Below are positions 35,888-48,156 of a DNA stretch of 64,000 bases, piece after piece. A model generated the notes under the pieces. The model was not told where the DNA came from, made no database searches, and saw nothing but the letters and a program-made list of their open reading frames with translations. The DNA comes from Rhynchopus sp. YZ270_cl-10. Its lineage: Eukaryota. A program made the translations under genes and the position numbers. Location of the stretch: contig OZ037836.1 in NCBI GenBank assembly GCA_964035575.1, positions 1,860,001-1,924,000 of the forward strand, written 5' to 3'. Numbering within the stretch: the first letter of the stretch is position 1; every line of letters begins with the position of its first letter.

Positions 35888-36937
35888 CCTATACCCATAA
35901 TTTTCAATTTATTGAATGCATATTGCAATTCTTGTTCTTCTTCAAAAGCTATACCATAAAACTGCTTTCCCCCCCCGCCGCGGTTTTGGATTTTCAAAGT
36001 TACCGAATAATAAAACCATTTGGACCCCCTATTAATGTATTTCCCCCCGTTTTGAGTACCGTGGCTATCTGCGGACAGTAGTACAATCAAACAAATTTTT
36101 TTCCCCGTTTTGAACAGTTGCTTACACCTTGTAAACAATATCCTATTCCCCCACAAAATCTCTGTGTCATAATAAAAAAACCTCCCCACGAATTGCCCTG
36201 CTTCCACTTCGGTGTACCGGCGGTGGAGTCATCACGAATACCCGTTTCCACGTTGTATTTTGATGTCAGAAATGTGCAAGAAAAAATATAACATGTAAAA
36301 ACTGCATTTTTGCTGTAAAAAAACCCCCCTACTGATTTGTCTTTTCCTCTTATGTTGAACAAGATAAAACAATAAGCTCGCGTTTCTTTTATCGAACAGA
36401 TTTTATTCTCCGCCCCGTACCCAAAACGTAAGCACCACTTTGAATCAGAAAAAATATTTTCCTCTCCTTTTTTCTTCCACACGCGCTGGTTTTTGTATCT
36501 CGCTAATTTTTATCAAAAAGCTTTCTTTTGTTGTGAATAGGTAGGGCAATGGAAGACGTGCATCCAACTCTCTTGCCGTGCACGTCGCTTGCGAGAGAAC
36601 GTACGGCAGCACATCACACAACTGCTTTACTGGTCGCCTCGTGTCGTCTCAGTGGGAACAGCGATCTGCCGTTCTTGTTTCCTTCTTCCCGTTCTGCACG
36701 TCTTCTTGATTGTGCAGACCATATTGCGCAAGATCTCAAAATGTCCTGTTTTTTTGTTGTGTGTTTCTCACATCACAGCCTTGCTAGCATACAGTTCTGC
36801 ACACAGAGGTGTCCCCTTTGTCTTACACCTCTATCGTCTCAGTGGCAACATGTCTGCCTTCTTCTTGTCTCCTTCCCGTTAAGTGAGTTGTGTTTCTTCT
36901 TGCCCCACCCAAAACACCTGAAACAGAGAGACTCAAA

Positions 36938-37933
36938 ATGGAAATATGTGCGAAGGGATTTGACGGAGAGAAGTACACAGTCGAGGTGGGTGTGGATGAT
37001 ACAACTGCGGACATACGGCGGAAGGTGGCGTCTGCAGCAGAGTTGTGCGAAGACGGCTTTGACATGAGCTTCGGAGAGAAGCTGCTGGCCGAAGGAGACG
37101 ACATCACGCAGCTGAGTGCTGGGGACACAGTTGTGCTGACGAAGACGAAGTCGCAGAAGGACGACGCCATTGCAGCTCTTCGTGACTTGGGTGAGACAAG
37201 GCTGACGTCAGAGAGGTTCAGAGGTCTGGAAGATACCAAGCTGGTGCATTTGTTTCTGCAGGCGGAGGTTGTTACTGAGATCCCTCATGAATTCTTGCTA
37301 CTTGGCACATTCTCAGAACTTGATCTCAGTGGTGTGCCAGGTGTGAGTGTAGTCAGTAATTCTGTCCTCGCCTACTGCAGGTCATTGCGCACTGTTGATT
37401 TATCTGGGTGGAGCAATGTGACGCAGGTTGGGGATGGCTTTCTCACCCGCTGCACCTCATTGACAACCGTTGACTTGTTTGGGTGGAACAACCTGAGAAC
37501 AGTTGGTGAACAGTTCCTCTCCAGATGCAGCGCATTGACCACCCTTGACTTATCTGGGTGGAACAATGTGACGCAGATTGAGGAGGACTTCCTCTCCGAC
37601 TGCGTCGCGTTGACCACCCTTGACTTGTCTGGGTGGAGCAATGTGACGCAGATTAAGGGCCACTTCCTCTCCAACTGCACTGCGTTGAGAACCCTTTCCC
37701 TTTCGGGGTGGCACAGTGTGATGCACGTTGGATTCTGCTTCCTGTTCAACTGCAAAGCATTGCGAACTGTTGACTTATCTGGGTGGACGAGTGTGACGCA
37801 GATTCATCCACCCTTCGTGTACCGATGCAAAATACCTACAAGCAGCATTAACGTCACCGGATCGAGCAGTCTTTTGTCAGTGCATCTTCACAGCCGTAGC
37901 TTCATGGACAAAACGAAATGTCTGTGCGCGTGA
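36938..37933 (+). CDS. UBL-LRR type A protein (7 LRRs, CaaX-like CLCA)
   Basis: ATG at 36938 by homology to paralogs; intact ORF. Confidence 0.88.
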   Translation: MEICAKGFDGEKYTVEVGVDDTTADIRRKVASAAELCEDGFDMSFGEKLLAEGDDITQLSAGDTVVLTKTKSQKDDAIAALRDLGETRLTSERFRGLEDTKLVHLFLQAEVVTEIPHEFLLLGTFSELDLSGVPGVSVVSNSVLAYCRSLRTVDLSGWSNVTQVGDGFLTRCTSLTTVDLFGWNNLRTVGEQFLSRCSALTTLDLSGWNNVTQIEEDFLSDCVALTTLDLSGWSNVTQIKGHFLSNCTALRTLSLSGWHSVMHVGFCFLFNCKALRTVDLSGWTSVTQIHPPFVYRCKIPTSSINVTGSSSLLSVHLHSRSFMDKTKCLCA

Positions 37934-38344
37934 TTTTACCAGGCCAAGTTCAAAAAAGAAAACATAGTGGAGCACATCCTCGGGTGTCCACACTAATACA
38001 AGGAAGCTTTCAAAAACAAATCAAAAGACCTCTCCCCTTGACTGTTTGTTGTCTCTTGCACACCGCCCACCCCCCTTTTATTAAGTGCTCCTTAAGAGCA
38101 GGATCTTTATTCGGCTGTCTTGTGGGAAAACAAAAACAGCCGACACTTTCAAGTTTCATGCTTTCCATTTTCCTATTTTTTGAGGACCTTTGTGTCTACT
38201 CTTGGGCTCTGCCCTGTTCACTCGCCGTTACTAGGAGCAGCGCTGTTGCTTTCTTTTCCTGCGCTGACTGTACGTATCCACTTACTTGTTTTGTTGTTTC
38301 TTCTTGCCCCACCCAAAACACCTGAAACAGAGAGACACAAAACC

Positions 38345-39472
38345 ATGGAAATATGTGTGAAGAGCTTTGACGGAGAGAAGTACACAGTCGAGGTGGGTGT
38401 GGATGATACAACTGCGGACATACGGCGGAAGGTGGCGTCTGCAGCAGAGTTGCGCGAAGACGGCTTTGACATGAGCTTCGGAGAGAAGCTGCTGGCCGAA
38501 GGAGACGACACGACGCAGCTGAGTGCTGGGGACACAGTTGTGCTGACGAATAACTCACAGAAGTACAACGCCATTGCAGCTCTTCGTGACTTGGGTGAGA
38601 CAGCGCTGACGTCAGAGAGGTTCAAAGGTCTTGCAGATCCGAATCTGGTTCATTTGTTTCTGCAGGCGGAAGTTGTTACTGAGCTACCCAATGCATTCTT
38701 GGCAGGTAGTCCGTTCTCAGAACTTGATCTCAGTGGTGTGCCAGGTGTGACTGCCATAGGCTTCTCCTTCCTCTACGACTGCACCTCATTGCACACTGCT
38801 GATTTATCTGGGTGGAGCAATGTGACGCAAATAGGGAGTCAATGCTTTTACAGGTGCACTTCGTTGACCGCACTTGACTTGTCCGGGTGGAACAGCGTGA
38901 GGCAAGTAGGACAGTGCTTCATCTCCCACTGCAGATCGCTGACCACGCTTGCCTTGCCCGGGTGGAGGAATGTATCGCAAATTGAGTTCTCCTTCCTCTC
39001 CAACTGCAGCGCATTGCACACACTGGACTTATCTGGGTGGAGCAGTGTGACGCAAATAGGGGACCGCTTCCTCTACAACTGCAATTCGTTGACCACACTT
39101 GATGTATCTGGGTGGAGCAACGTGACGCACGTTGGATCTGACTTCCTCTCCTGCTGCCGCGCACTGACCGAGTTGGACCTCTCCACGTGGAAGGATGTCA
39201 CGCAGGTCGGCAACAGCTTCGTATCCGGCTGCAAATCGCTGAAAAGACTCAACTTATCTGGGTGGAAAAATGTAACCCACATTCCAGACGACTTCGTCAC
39301 CTATTGTAAGAAGTTGAGAACACTAGACTTATCTGGGTGGGCGAGTGTGACGCATGTTGGGCGAGGGGTGCTCTATGATGCTAACTTACAATGCAGCATC
39401 AACGTCACCGGATCGAGCAGTGTTGTGTCAAAATATGTACACAGCATCAAGCCCAAATGTGTGTGCATGTGA
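38345..39472 (+). CDS. UBL-LRR type A protein (9 LRRs, CaaX CVCM)
   Basis: ATG at 38345 by homology; intact ORF. Confidence 0.9.
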   Translation: MEICVKSFDGEKYTVEVGVDDTTADIRRKVASAAELREDGFDMSFGEKLLAEGDDTTQLSAGDTVVLTNNSQKYNAIAALRDLGETALTSERFKGLADPNLVHLFLQAEVVTELPNAFLAGSPFSELDLSGVPGVTAIGFSFLYDCTSLHTADLSGWSNVTQIGSQCFYRCTSLTALDLSGWNSVRQVGQCFISHCRSLTTLALPGWRNVSQIEFSFLSNCSALHTLDLSGWSSVTQIGDRFLYNCNSLTTLDVSGWSNVTHVGSDFLSCCRALTELDLSTWKDVTQVGNSFVSGCKSLKRLNLSGWKNVTHIPDDFVTYCKKLRTLDLSGWASVTHVGRGVLYDANLQCSINVTGSSSVVSKYVHSIKPKCVCM

Positions 39473-39637
39473 GGCACGTGAATCCTTTAGGATGCATGCA
39501 GGGAGCTGGGCACAACGGCTTCGCCGTGGAAGAGCTTGATATGCACGCCAATGAAGTGCTCTCTGGGATTCGATGTCCAAACCAAACAAAAATTGAAACC
39601 GCACTCCATTCTTTTCCTTTTTTTTATGTTTCCCCCA

Positions 39638-40370
39638 CAGGGCGTTCGCCCCGGGGCGAAAAATATTTTTTTTCGTTAAAAAAATCTTTTCCTGAAAAAA
39701 TGACATTTTATTTCGCCCCAGGGCTTCGCCCCACCGGGGCGAAACCCTGTATAAATAAATAAATAAATAAAAAAAAAAAGGGGGGAAAAAAAAAATGAGA
39801 GAGAGATTTCTCCCCCCCAACCTGTCGACCCCCCCGGAGGGGGGGTCGCAGAGGGGGTGTCCACTGTACTCAAAATCATCCGCAAACCCGCCTGCCGTGA
39901 AAGTAAGTTTCCCCAGCACTCCCGCTCGCTCCTCAATCCTGCAGTCTGCTGAAGGTGTCCCGTACCCCCTGTTATAGAAGGTGTCACTACTCGTGTCAAC
40001 TCTACCTTCAACGGCAGAGAGACGTTTTAGTTGATTGAAAATAATCAAACTAAGGATGAAGTCTCATATGACAGATGCCTCTCTCTTGTACATCTGTTTG
40101 ATTAAACAGCACAAAGAGACCCTCAGTGAGGGGGGGATTGATGAAATTCTCCATCGTTTTGCTGGTTTTAGTGCTGGGGAAGGGATCACGCGCAAATCGC
40201 AATTTTTTTTCGACCACTCAGTACCGGGGATTCACCCCCACGAACTAGCTTCTCTCCGGCGGGAAAATTTTTTTTGACCTATTTTAAGCACTAGTAAAAA
40301 AGCAAAAATTTCGGGTTTTTTGGCATTTCGCCACGATCAGGAAAAAACGATGGCGATAGCGAACGCCCTG
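39638..40370 (+). mobile_element. Deleted hAT element (TIR CAGGGCGTTCGC, 8-bp TSD TTCCCCCA) with a decayed dimerisation-domain remnant
   Basis: TSD at 39630-39637 and 40371-40378; STAERRFS*LKIIKLRMKSHM near 40008-40070. Confidence 0.85.
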
Positions 40371-40411
40371 TTCCCCCACCCCCACCCCCGCAAACAATAA
40401 TGCAAATAAAT

Positions 40412-41383
40412 GGTGCTATCCGGGGGGGCGGCGTTTTGCAAAGTTTCACAAAGTTTCACAAAATGTCACAAAATTTCAATCCTATGCACAACGTGTCACA
40501 ACGTTTCACAACTTTTCACAACTTTTCACAACTTTTCACAACTTTTCACAACTTTTCACAACTTTTCACAACTACCGTAAAAATATTTATTCTGGGCTGT
40601 AATTATTCTGAGACAGAAGTATACTGGACCGGAACAAAACTGGAACACTTGGGGTTTTTGGGGGTGTCCCAGTTTTGTTCCGGCCCAGAACAGTTCTGTT
40701 GGGGTAGAATTTTTATCCCCATTCCCACCCCACCCAGGTGCATAGTGCATCTTTGGGCAAAAAAAAATTCGTCGCACTCCTCGTTTTTTTTGACAAGGCA
40801 CGGATACCCCCCCAAAACAATGCTGGTACGGAACAAAACTGGAACAATCGACGATTTTTTGGGGTGTTCCAGTTTTGTTCCGGCCCAGAATAAATATTTT
40901 TACGGTATGTACACACACCGTTGTGAAAAGTTGTGAAGAGTTGTGAAGAGTTGTGATTTTGATTGAAATTTTGTGAAATTTTGTGAAAAGTTGTGATTTT
41001 GATTGAAATTTTGTGAAATTTTGTGAAAAGTTGTGAAAAGTTGTGATTTTAATTGAAAATTGTGAAAAGTTGTGAAATTTGTGAAAAGTTGTGAAAGCTG
41101 TGAAAAGTTGTGAAAAGTTGTGATTTTGATTGAAATTTTGTGAAAAGTTGTGCTTTTAATTGAAATTTTGCGACAAGGTGTGAAAGCTGTGAAAAGTTGT
41201 GAAAGCTGTGAAAAGTTGTGAAAAGTTGTGATTTTGATTGAAATTTTTGTGCAAAGTTGTGCTTTTAATTGAAATTTTGTGACAAGGTGTGAAAGTTGTG
41301 AAAAGTTGTGAAAGCTGTGAAAAGTTGTGATTTTGATTGAAATTTTGTGAAACTTTGCAAAACGCCGCCCCCCGGATAGCACC
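40412..41383. mobile_element. Foldback-like element: ~40-bp TIR followed by inverted arrays of ~10-bp TTTTCACAAC units
   Basis: GGTGCTATCCGGGGGGGCGGCGTTTTGCAAAGTTTCACAA at both ends, inverted; arrays at 40443-40572 and 40921-41352. Confidence 0.85.
40575..40905. mobile_element. Nested Tc1/mariner-type MITE (TA TSD)
   Basis: TA-CCGTAAAAATATTTATTCTGGGC...GCCCAGAATAAATATTTTTACGG-TA. Confidence 0.8.
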
Positions 41384-41611
41384 AATAAAAAGCAATAAAG
41401 ACAATAGTGAGAGGTCGTGAACCGCACACCCCCTCGTTTCGTTTCAAAAACGAAACCTCCGTTCTTTCCCACCTCCACGTTACCCCCTCCTACGTGCACT
41501 ACCTTATCCCTCAGACCCGTTCGTTGCATCACACCACTCACATTCCACCCCCCCCTATTCAACCAAAACTCTGACCCTCTTTTTTAAAAAAACCCTTTCC
41601 AACTTTCCATT

Positions 41612-44600
41612 ATGTGGGTTCTCTCTGCTGCCCTGGTGGGCGCGCTGCTTGCTGGAGAACCTGAATGTTCGACCTTTCTACGAAACTGTGTCTACACTAG
41701 GGCTGGTGTGGGCTTTGGTGACAATGCCCTAGATCTGGCACTGGGAAGAGACATGACACTGCCCCCTGGACCTGCCCTCAGCAGTATGTGCAGCAAGAGC
41801 AACTGGGCACAGCGCGACACATGCCGTGTGGACTGTCCCCTGAAGCTTGTGGTGACAGAGCCTGCGGCGTACCAGATGGCGGTGTGTCTCGAGGATTCGT
41901 TGTTCGAACCGTTTGTGGCGTCGTCTCATCTGTCTAAGGGGCATGCGGTGCTGGACAGGGTGATGGACATTGTGTTGGTGGGCAGCCCTGCGTCGCCGGC
42001 CTCGCACGGTGCGTGCACCCCGATGGACTTTATGATGTCGCGTGCGTCGTTTGCGGGGAAGATCGCGTTCTACCAACGTGGCGGGTGCATCCTCTTCCTG
42101 AAGGCAGTGATGGCAAGGATGTTCGGTGCTGCAGCAGGCGTGATGATGAACATCGCCCCTCATGTGTCGGTGGCGCAGCAGCGGATGAACCGTTTGGTGG
42201 GTCTCTCGGCCATGAGTGAAGGCTTCCCTGCAACGTCCGCGGCAAGACACGAGGGCACTCTGCTGTTAAACGCGCTCGCAGCGGGTGTGCGGCTGAAGGG
42301 GAAGTTCACACTGACGTGCCCACCCTTCGGTGTTGTCCCGCCGCCAACATCCCCACCCGTCAGCGATAGTTGCCCACATCCCGGACTCATCGGGAAGTGC
42401 AACCACATGGTGGCTGCTGAGGACAGGCTGTGCAGCAAGTGTTCGATGCAGCTGACACACACGGCGTACCCCTCGCTGCGTGCGTGTCTGTGGGGGAACA
42501 GTCTGCTTCCGCGCCTGCCAGCGACCCTGCTGTGGACACAGCACGCACCGCCCACACAGCTCGCGGTTGCGTATGTGGTTGGGAGCTCGTCCATGGGATG
42601 CTCCCCTGCAGACTACGCAGGGCTGGGTGGGAAGGTTGTGATGCTGGCGTTCCCGGCAGCGTGCCTGCCTTCGGAAGGTGTGCATGCTGCGCAGGGTGCT
42701 GGTGTTGCGGGGGTCATTCTGCTGACGCCAAAGGCGAGTCTTGTGACGCAGGTTGTGGACGGAACGTCGCAGTTCATCAGCATTCCTGTGCACAGTGTGG
42801 AGCCACAGCATTGGCAGGCGATTGACCATGCCTTCCGGAACGGTGGTGTGCCGCTGGTGGGGACTGCTGCCGGTGTGTCTGCCTTTGAGATGAATGTGTC
42901 TGCTGTGGACGGAACAGCAGCCCCGCAGGTGGACGTGGCAACACCGCCACCGCTAGCGGTCCTCGCCACAAGCGCGGCGGAGTTGGAGGCAAGTGGTCTG
43001 CAGTTCACAGCTGGTGTGGTGGTGGCGTTCTTTCTTGCTGTGGTGCTGTTGGCGGCGTGTCTGTTCGTGATCTACAAGCAGAAAAAGGAGGCTGTGGACC
43101 TGCCTGCGAACGGGGATAAGGGCTTCGAGATCCCGTTGAGCGCAGCGTCGATGGGTCTGTCGCTGTCGTTGCTGCTGCTGGTGGCGATTGTGGCCTTCTC
43201 GCTGACGTTCATGGCAGGCCAGGATGCGAAGAACACTGCTGTGGCGGACGGGGAGGAGGCCTCTGCACAGAACTACAGAAACGCTGTTGCGAACGTGCGC
43301 GTCATATCAAACCAGAACAGGCTGAACGTGCTTGGGCAGGTCACCTCGAGCCTCAACAACCTATTGGACGAGGGCGAGAACATGGCTAACTCGGTCACCG
43401 CGTTGTACCTGAATGCAGACTACACCTGGACCTCGATGTTTTCGAAGTACCTGGAGTTTATCAATCTTCTGGTGCGCATTCCTCTGTGGAGTCCTGCTGT
43501 CGTCACGAAGCGTGGCTTCTTCTTCGCCAAGGCAACGCGCACTCGCGACGTGCTCAACGGCGTCAGCGTCGCGGACACAAACGACGGTTTTCTGACTGGC
43601 GCCTACGGTACGGACTACGACCCAGTCAGCATGACGACGTATGTGCTCTCACCGGTCGACGTTCACGATGCCATGTACTGGAACCGCCTTGGAACGGAGT
43701 ACGGCGACGCCTTCGCATTCACGGACGCACTGCCCATGGGCACGATGAAGTACCACCTGTGCACAAAGACCGCCATCCAGGAGCGTGGTACAGAGGGCGT
43801 CTACGTGCACCCACTCTCAGTGTACACACCACTGTACAACCGACACAGAGAACACTTGGGTTACGTGCAGACGGACCTGAAGCTCGAATCGATAGCAGAT
43901 GCAGTCAGGGAGGCCACGAGCAGGCAGGCGTCCCTCGAGAACATGACCACAGTGGTGTTCGAGGCCGGCACCAACAACATTGTGTCCACCACAGCCTACA
44001 GCGAGGCCTTCCCCTACGTGCAGTTCTACATCGCTGTGTACTACGCGGGGCTGCAGCTGTACAAACTTGACGAGATCCCCTCAGTACCGCTTGTGGCCTT
44101 GTCGCACGCTCTGAGAGGCAGGGACGAGATCTCGGAAGTGGTCGACCAGAGAGACTCCTTCGTGCCCCCTGTGCACAAGAACGAAGTGCTGAACCTTGCA
44201 GTGCGTGCAGGCGTTGTACGGGACTCGGCACAGGTGGAGTACAAAACCGAGATGCGTGGTTTGTGCGCCGCAACAGGCACCTGTATCGGAACAGATGGGA
44301 CAGACGCCGTCATGCGGTTCTACGGTGACAACGTTCTGAACGTCTACAAGAACAACACTATCGACTCACCTGATGTCGCAGCCTCACGCATCAGTGCACC
44401 AGGTGCTCCGTGGGTCAGTAAGTATCATCAGTACAACTTCGTGATGGCCGTCTCAGGCACGACAGGCAGCACGCCTGCTGAGCAGTGTGTCTACAAGCCG
44501 TCGGTGTTGGCAGGCGTGCCCGATAAGTGCAACCTGAAACGTCCGTTCCTGGAAGAAAGCTACACAGTGAACGCACGCTTCCGCCCAGATGCAGACATCG

Positions 44601-47530
44601 ACCCGCTTGACAACCAGCAGCGACTCTTCGGCGATGCGTGGGGCGGCCCTGGGCTGCTGCGTTTGTACGCTTCGGGCATCATGACTATGAACGTTGTTTC
44701 GTACGGTTGCCAAACAGAGCCGCTCTCTGCGCCTCTCAAGGGAGGTGTGTGGCACAGTGTGGCAGCCGTGCTGGACAGGAGGGCAGGCACGTGCATGACA
44801 TACATCGACGGAAAGCACCACTCCACAGGACGCATCAGCAACCCCGAAGGGAAGGGCCCATACGGCGATGTATCGGGCGGCCTTCCCTACGTCGTAGGGC
44901 AGAACTTCAAAGGGGCTATGTCGTCGCTGACTGTGTGGGAGATGCCGCTTGCGCCTGAGGAGATTGCGACCCTGCACAGGACACGTGGTGTGCTGGAGCG
45001 GCATGTCCCTCGGAAGAGGTGGCTGACAGACGTGCGCAGGTTTGTGCGGAACACAACAACGTCGCGTGAGATCAACTGGCGGATTGGCGTGATGGTGCCT
45101 GAGGAGGATGTGATGCGCGACATCGACGCCAACAACGCTGCGACGCTGAAGAACCTCGACGTGCAGACCGAGAACCTGGACAGGAAGCTGCAGCAGAAGT
45201 CGTACGAGGTGATTCTGATTGTGGTGGTGCTGGTGCTGTTCTCTGTGCTTGTGTTCCTGCTGTTCAACAACGCGCTGACGCAGCCCTTTGCACGCGTTGC
45301 AGTTGTGATGACGGAGGTGGCAGTCATGCGCATTGACGAGGTGCCGGACCTGTCGTCGAGGCTGCTTGAGATGAACGCAATCCACCGTGCCATGATCCTC
45401 ATGTGTCGCAACCTCAAGGAGTACAGGTCCTACATGCCGCAGTCTGTCTTGGCTGAAACAACGGACGACGAGGCATACGAGTCAGAACCACAAACAGGAA
45501 CAGCCTCATCTGCAGGGAGCGACAAGAACAGCTTGGCCAGCGGGTCGCACAGCAAAAGCGGCAAGGTTACCGATTCGAGCAAAATCGTGAATGAGATTGG
45601 TGCCAAGCGTGGTGCAATGGCACTGTCCCTGACAAAGAAGCGTGTGTCCTTCACACTGGTGAACATCTGCGACTGGCACGGCAGGGTGTCCAACCTCAAT
45701 GAGCAACGCACGCTCTCGCTCCACTCCAACATCGTGCAGACCGTTCTTGGCACCTTTGCGACGACGAAGGGCATCAGCGAAATGTTCTCCGGCGACCGCT
45801 TCCTGTGTGGCTACAACGGAGCGAAGCAGCTTGGGAGCCACCGCATGGCTGCGTGCGACGCTGCATGCCGCATTGCCGAGGCAATGAGGACAGAGGACTT
45901 GAAGATATCATGCGCAGTTGCGTCAGGTGATGCACGTGTCGGAAACATGGGTTGCGACGACATGAAGCGCTACTCGTACATCACACCTGTCCTTACGTGG
46001 TGCTATGCACTGGAGCGGTACGCTCGCACGAATAACGTTGCCATGCTGTGCGACACGTGGGTGGCGCAGGATGCGTCTGCTGAGTACACACTCAAGCTTG
46101 CGGGCACTGTAGAGTTCAAGAAGCGCTATGCAAAGCCGATTGTGCTGCACGAGCTCATCTGCAAGAAGGCTGCTGCAGCGGAGGACGAGTGGATGTACCA
46201 GATGGACGCTGCAGACAAGGCGGATCCGTACTCGAAGTGGAACGCCTTTGTGGAGAAGGTCACTGCCAAGGACTACGAGGTATGCACACTACCCTCTTAC
46301 CTGGCCACCTTTGTGTGTCTTCCAAAAACCAAAAAGCGTTGTGTGTGACGTTTTGAAGGAAGGAAAAATAAAATCCTAAAAACATGGTACTCCACCTATC
46401 ATGAGGTCCAAGGACTATGCGGTATGCACAGTGTGGGAATGCTGAGCTAATTGGCAGGTATCCCTCTGCTAAGGCTAAATATCTCCCGGAGACCGATAGC
46501 GAACACAGTACAGTGATGGAAAGAAGAAAAGAACTTTGAAAAGAGAGTTAAAAGTCCCTGAAGCCGATGAGTGATAAGAGTTAGAGGCCCGTTCAAACCT
46601 GCTGCCAAACTTGGTAGTAGGACGTCAGGTCGTATTCGCGGCACCTACCTTGTCTTTGCGTTGCACTGGCAAAAGGCAGACTGAGTGATAAGACTCCCCT
46701 CTACCCCTCTGACCTCACCTCCACCACAACTAGCAAGGGGCGCTTTGCTCCGTAGGGGGGGGCTATTGTTCGTATATGTACCGTTGTACCCAAAACACAA
46801 CTGGCCATACCATGCAACTGGTTATGCGTACACACCTACACTGTGCATCCCACGCGCCTATGTCGCCGAAGGCCACCTCAATTTCTGAACAAGATAAAAC
46901 AATAAGTCTGGTGTTGCTGAATGGGGAGGGGCGGAAAAAGTGCTGAAATGTGCGGAAAAAAGTGCGAATCAGCCCCCTTCAGCCACAATAAGCTGTTTCT
47001 CTTATCGAACAGATTGGAAAGTACTAATGGAAGTGAAGAACAAACAACCTTATTTTTTTTCTCCCTTGTTTCGAGTGCGAAACGTTTCTCCATGTATTGC
47101 ACGGGAAACAATATGACAAACAGGTGCAGGGTGGTTCCGTGCATATCATAGAACCTGGCACCTTGTGTGTCTCCCAAAAACCAAAAGCGTTGTGTGTGTA
47201 GTTTTGAAGGAAGGAAAAATAAAATCCCAGTGCCCTGCGTCCGCCGATGCACGGTGAGGCGCTTGCACATTTCAACGGCTCCTTTTTTTTCCTTTCCCCG
47301 TTTATAGTATTTTGAGCAGCAAGCAGAAGAGTAGCGAGTCTCGTGAGAACTACCACCCCCCACACACCACACCACGACAGGGTGCCGCAGCGAGCGTCGA
47401 AGGAGCCACGGAGATAGACGTTAAGTACGCGCCTGCAGATGCAGAAGGAGGTCAGACGTGTATCTTCGCAAGGCTGTTGAAGTGCTACAACGACAAGGCG
47501 TACTCCCCGGAGACTATTGTGATGCATTAG
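41612..47530 (+). CDS. ~1605-aa receptor-type cyclase-like protein: signal peptide, two PA-like domains, 2 TM, extracellular region with LamG-like domain, TM, HAMP-like linker, degenerate class III cyclase; exons 41612-46279 and 47381-47530
   Basis: GKIAFYQRGGC..KA..A..GAAAG (PA); GVWHSVAAV..YIDG..FKGAMSSLTVW (LamG); FSGDRFLCGYN, VASGDARVGNMG, EWMY (cyclase-like); phase-0 junction KDYE/GAAASVEG..MH*. Confidence 0.85.
46280..47380 (+). other. GT-AG intron (1101 bp)
   Basis: Donor GAG|GTATGC; acceptor CCCCCACACACCACACCACGACAG|GGT; the downstream 49 codons have the gene's codon style. Confidence 0.75.
46431..46575 (+). pseudogene. Fragment of LSU (28S-type) rRNA 5' domain inside the intron
   Basis: CTAAGGCTAAATA...GAGACCGATAGCGAAC..GTAC.GTGA.GGAAAG..GAAAAGAACTTTGAAAAGAGAGTTAAA matches the conserved LSU block between D1 and D2; may extend into D2 to about 46680. 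Confidence 0.85.
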
Positions 47531-48156
47531 TTGTGCATTCATTGCACCATTGCCTGCCTTGGCACAAATACGGGGGGGAAATAAAGTAAAAAATGCTAAG
47601 TGCTCAGCACCTTTTTCATTCCCGGATGCAGTTTTTGGTCCAGCCCACGAACTGGATTTTTCTTTTCTTTTCTAATTTCTTTTATTCACTTCTTTTCTGT
47701 AAAGTATTATTTGGTGTGCCACCTCCCTTTGCGCTCCTGTTGTACCAACAGATGTGGGGTGTATGAGGGGGGTTTAGGACTTCAAAACTACCTTCCAGAT
47801 TACACTTTTTACGCAGATTTTTTCTTCTTCCTTCAGACAGCACTTTTCTTGGTGGCTTGATCAAAGCCTCAAACTCCGAGGTGGTGAACTTTTGTTGTCA
47901 TCATGCGACGCAGGCCAGTCACAATGTGCAAACATTGCTGAGGAGCGCCGAACATGGCGGACGAGTCAAGGGGACCCACTAGTCGTGTGGTGCTGGTCCA
48001 AATGACCAGTGTGTGTGTTTTTTTTTTTGTGTTATCAAGCCTTTACGAATAGAAATGGAAAACGACGGATGGTGCGTGCCCGCTTTAGCGTATTGTTTTT
48101 CCACTAACATCACTCACATTCATCAGTGAAAAACACAAACCTTTTGCGGTGCGATA

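Noticed and set aside
38120..38344. Hydrophobic N-terminal extension on the 450-aa ORF (also 36890, 4742, 14127)
   Set aside because: Non-ATG starts upstream of the conserved ATG or inside insertions; not conserved among paralogs
46431..46575. Functional rRNA gene
   Set aside because: Short isolated fragment inside an intron with no other rDNA around it
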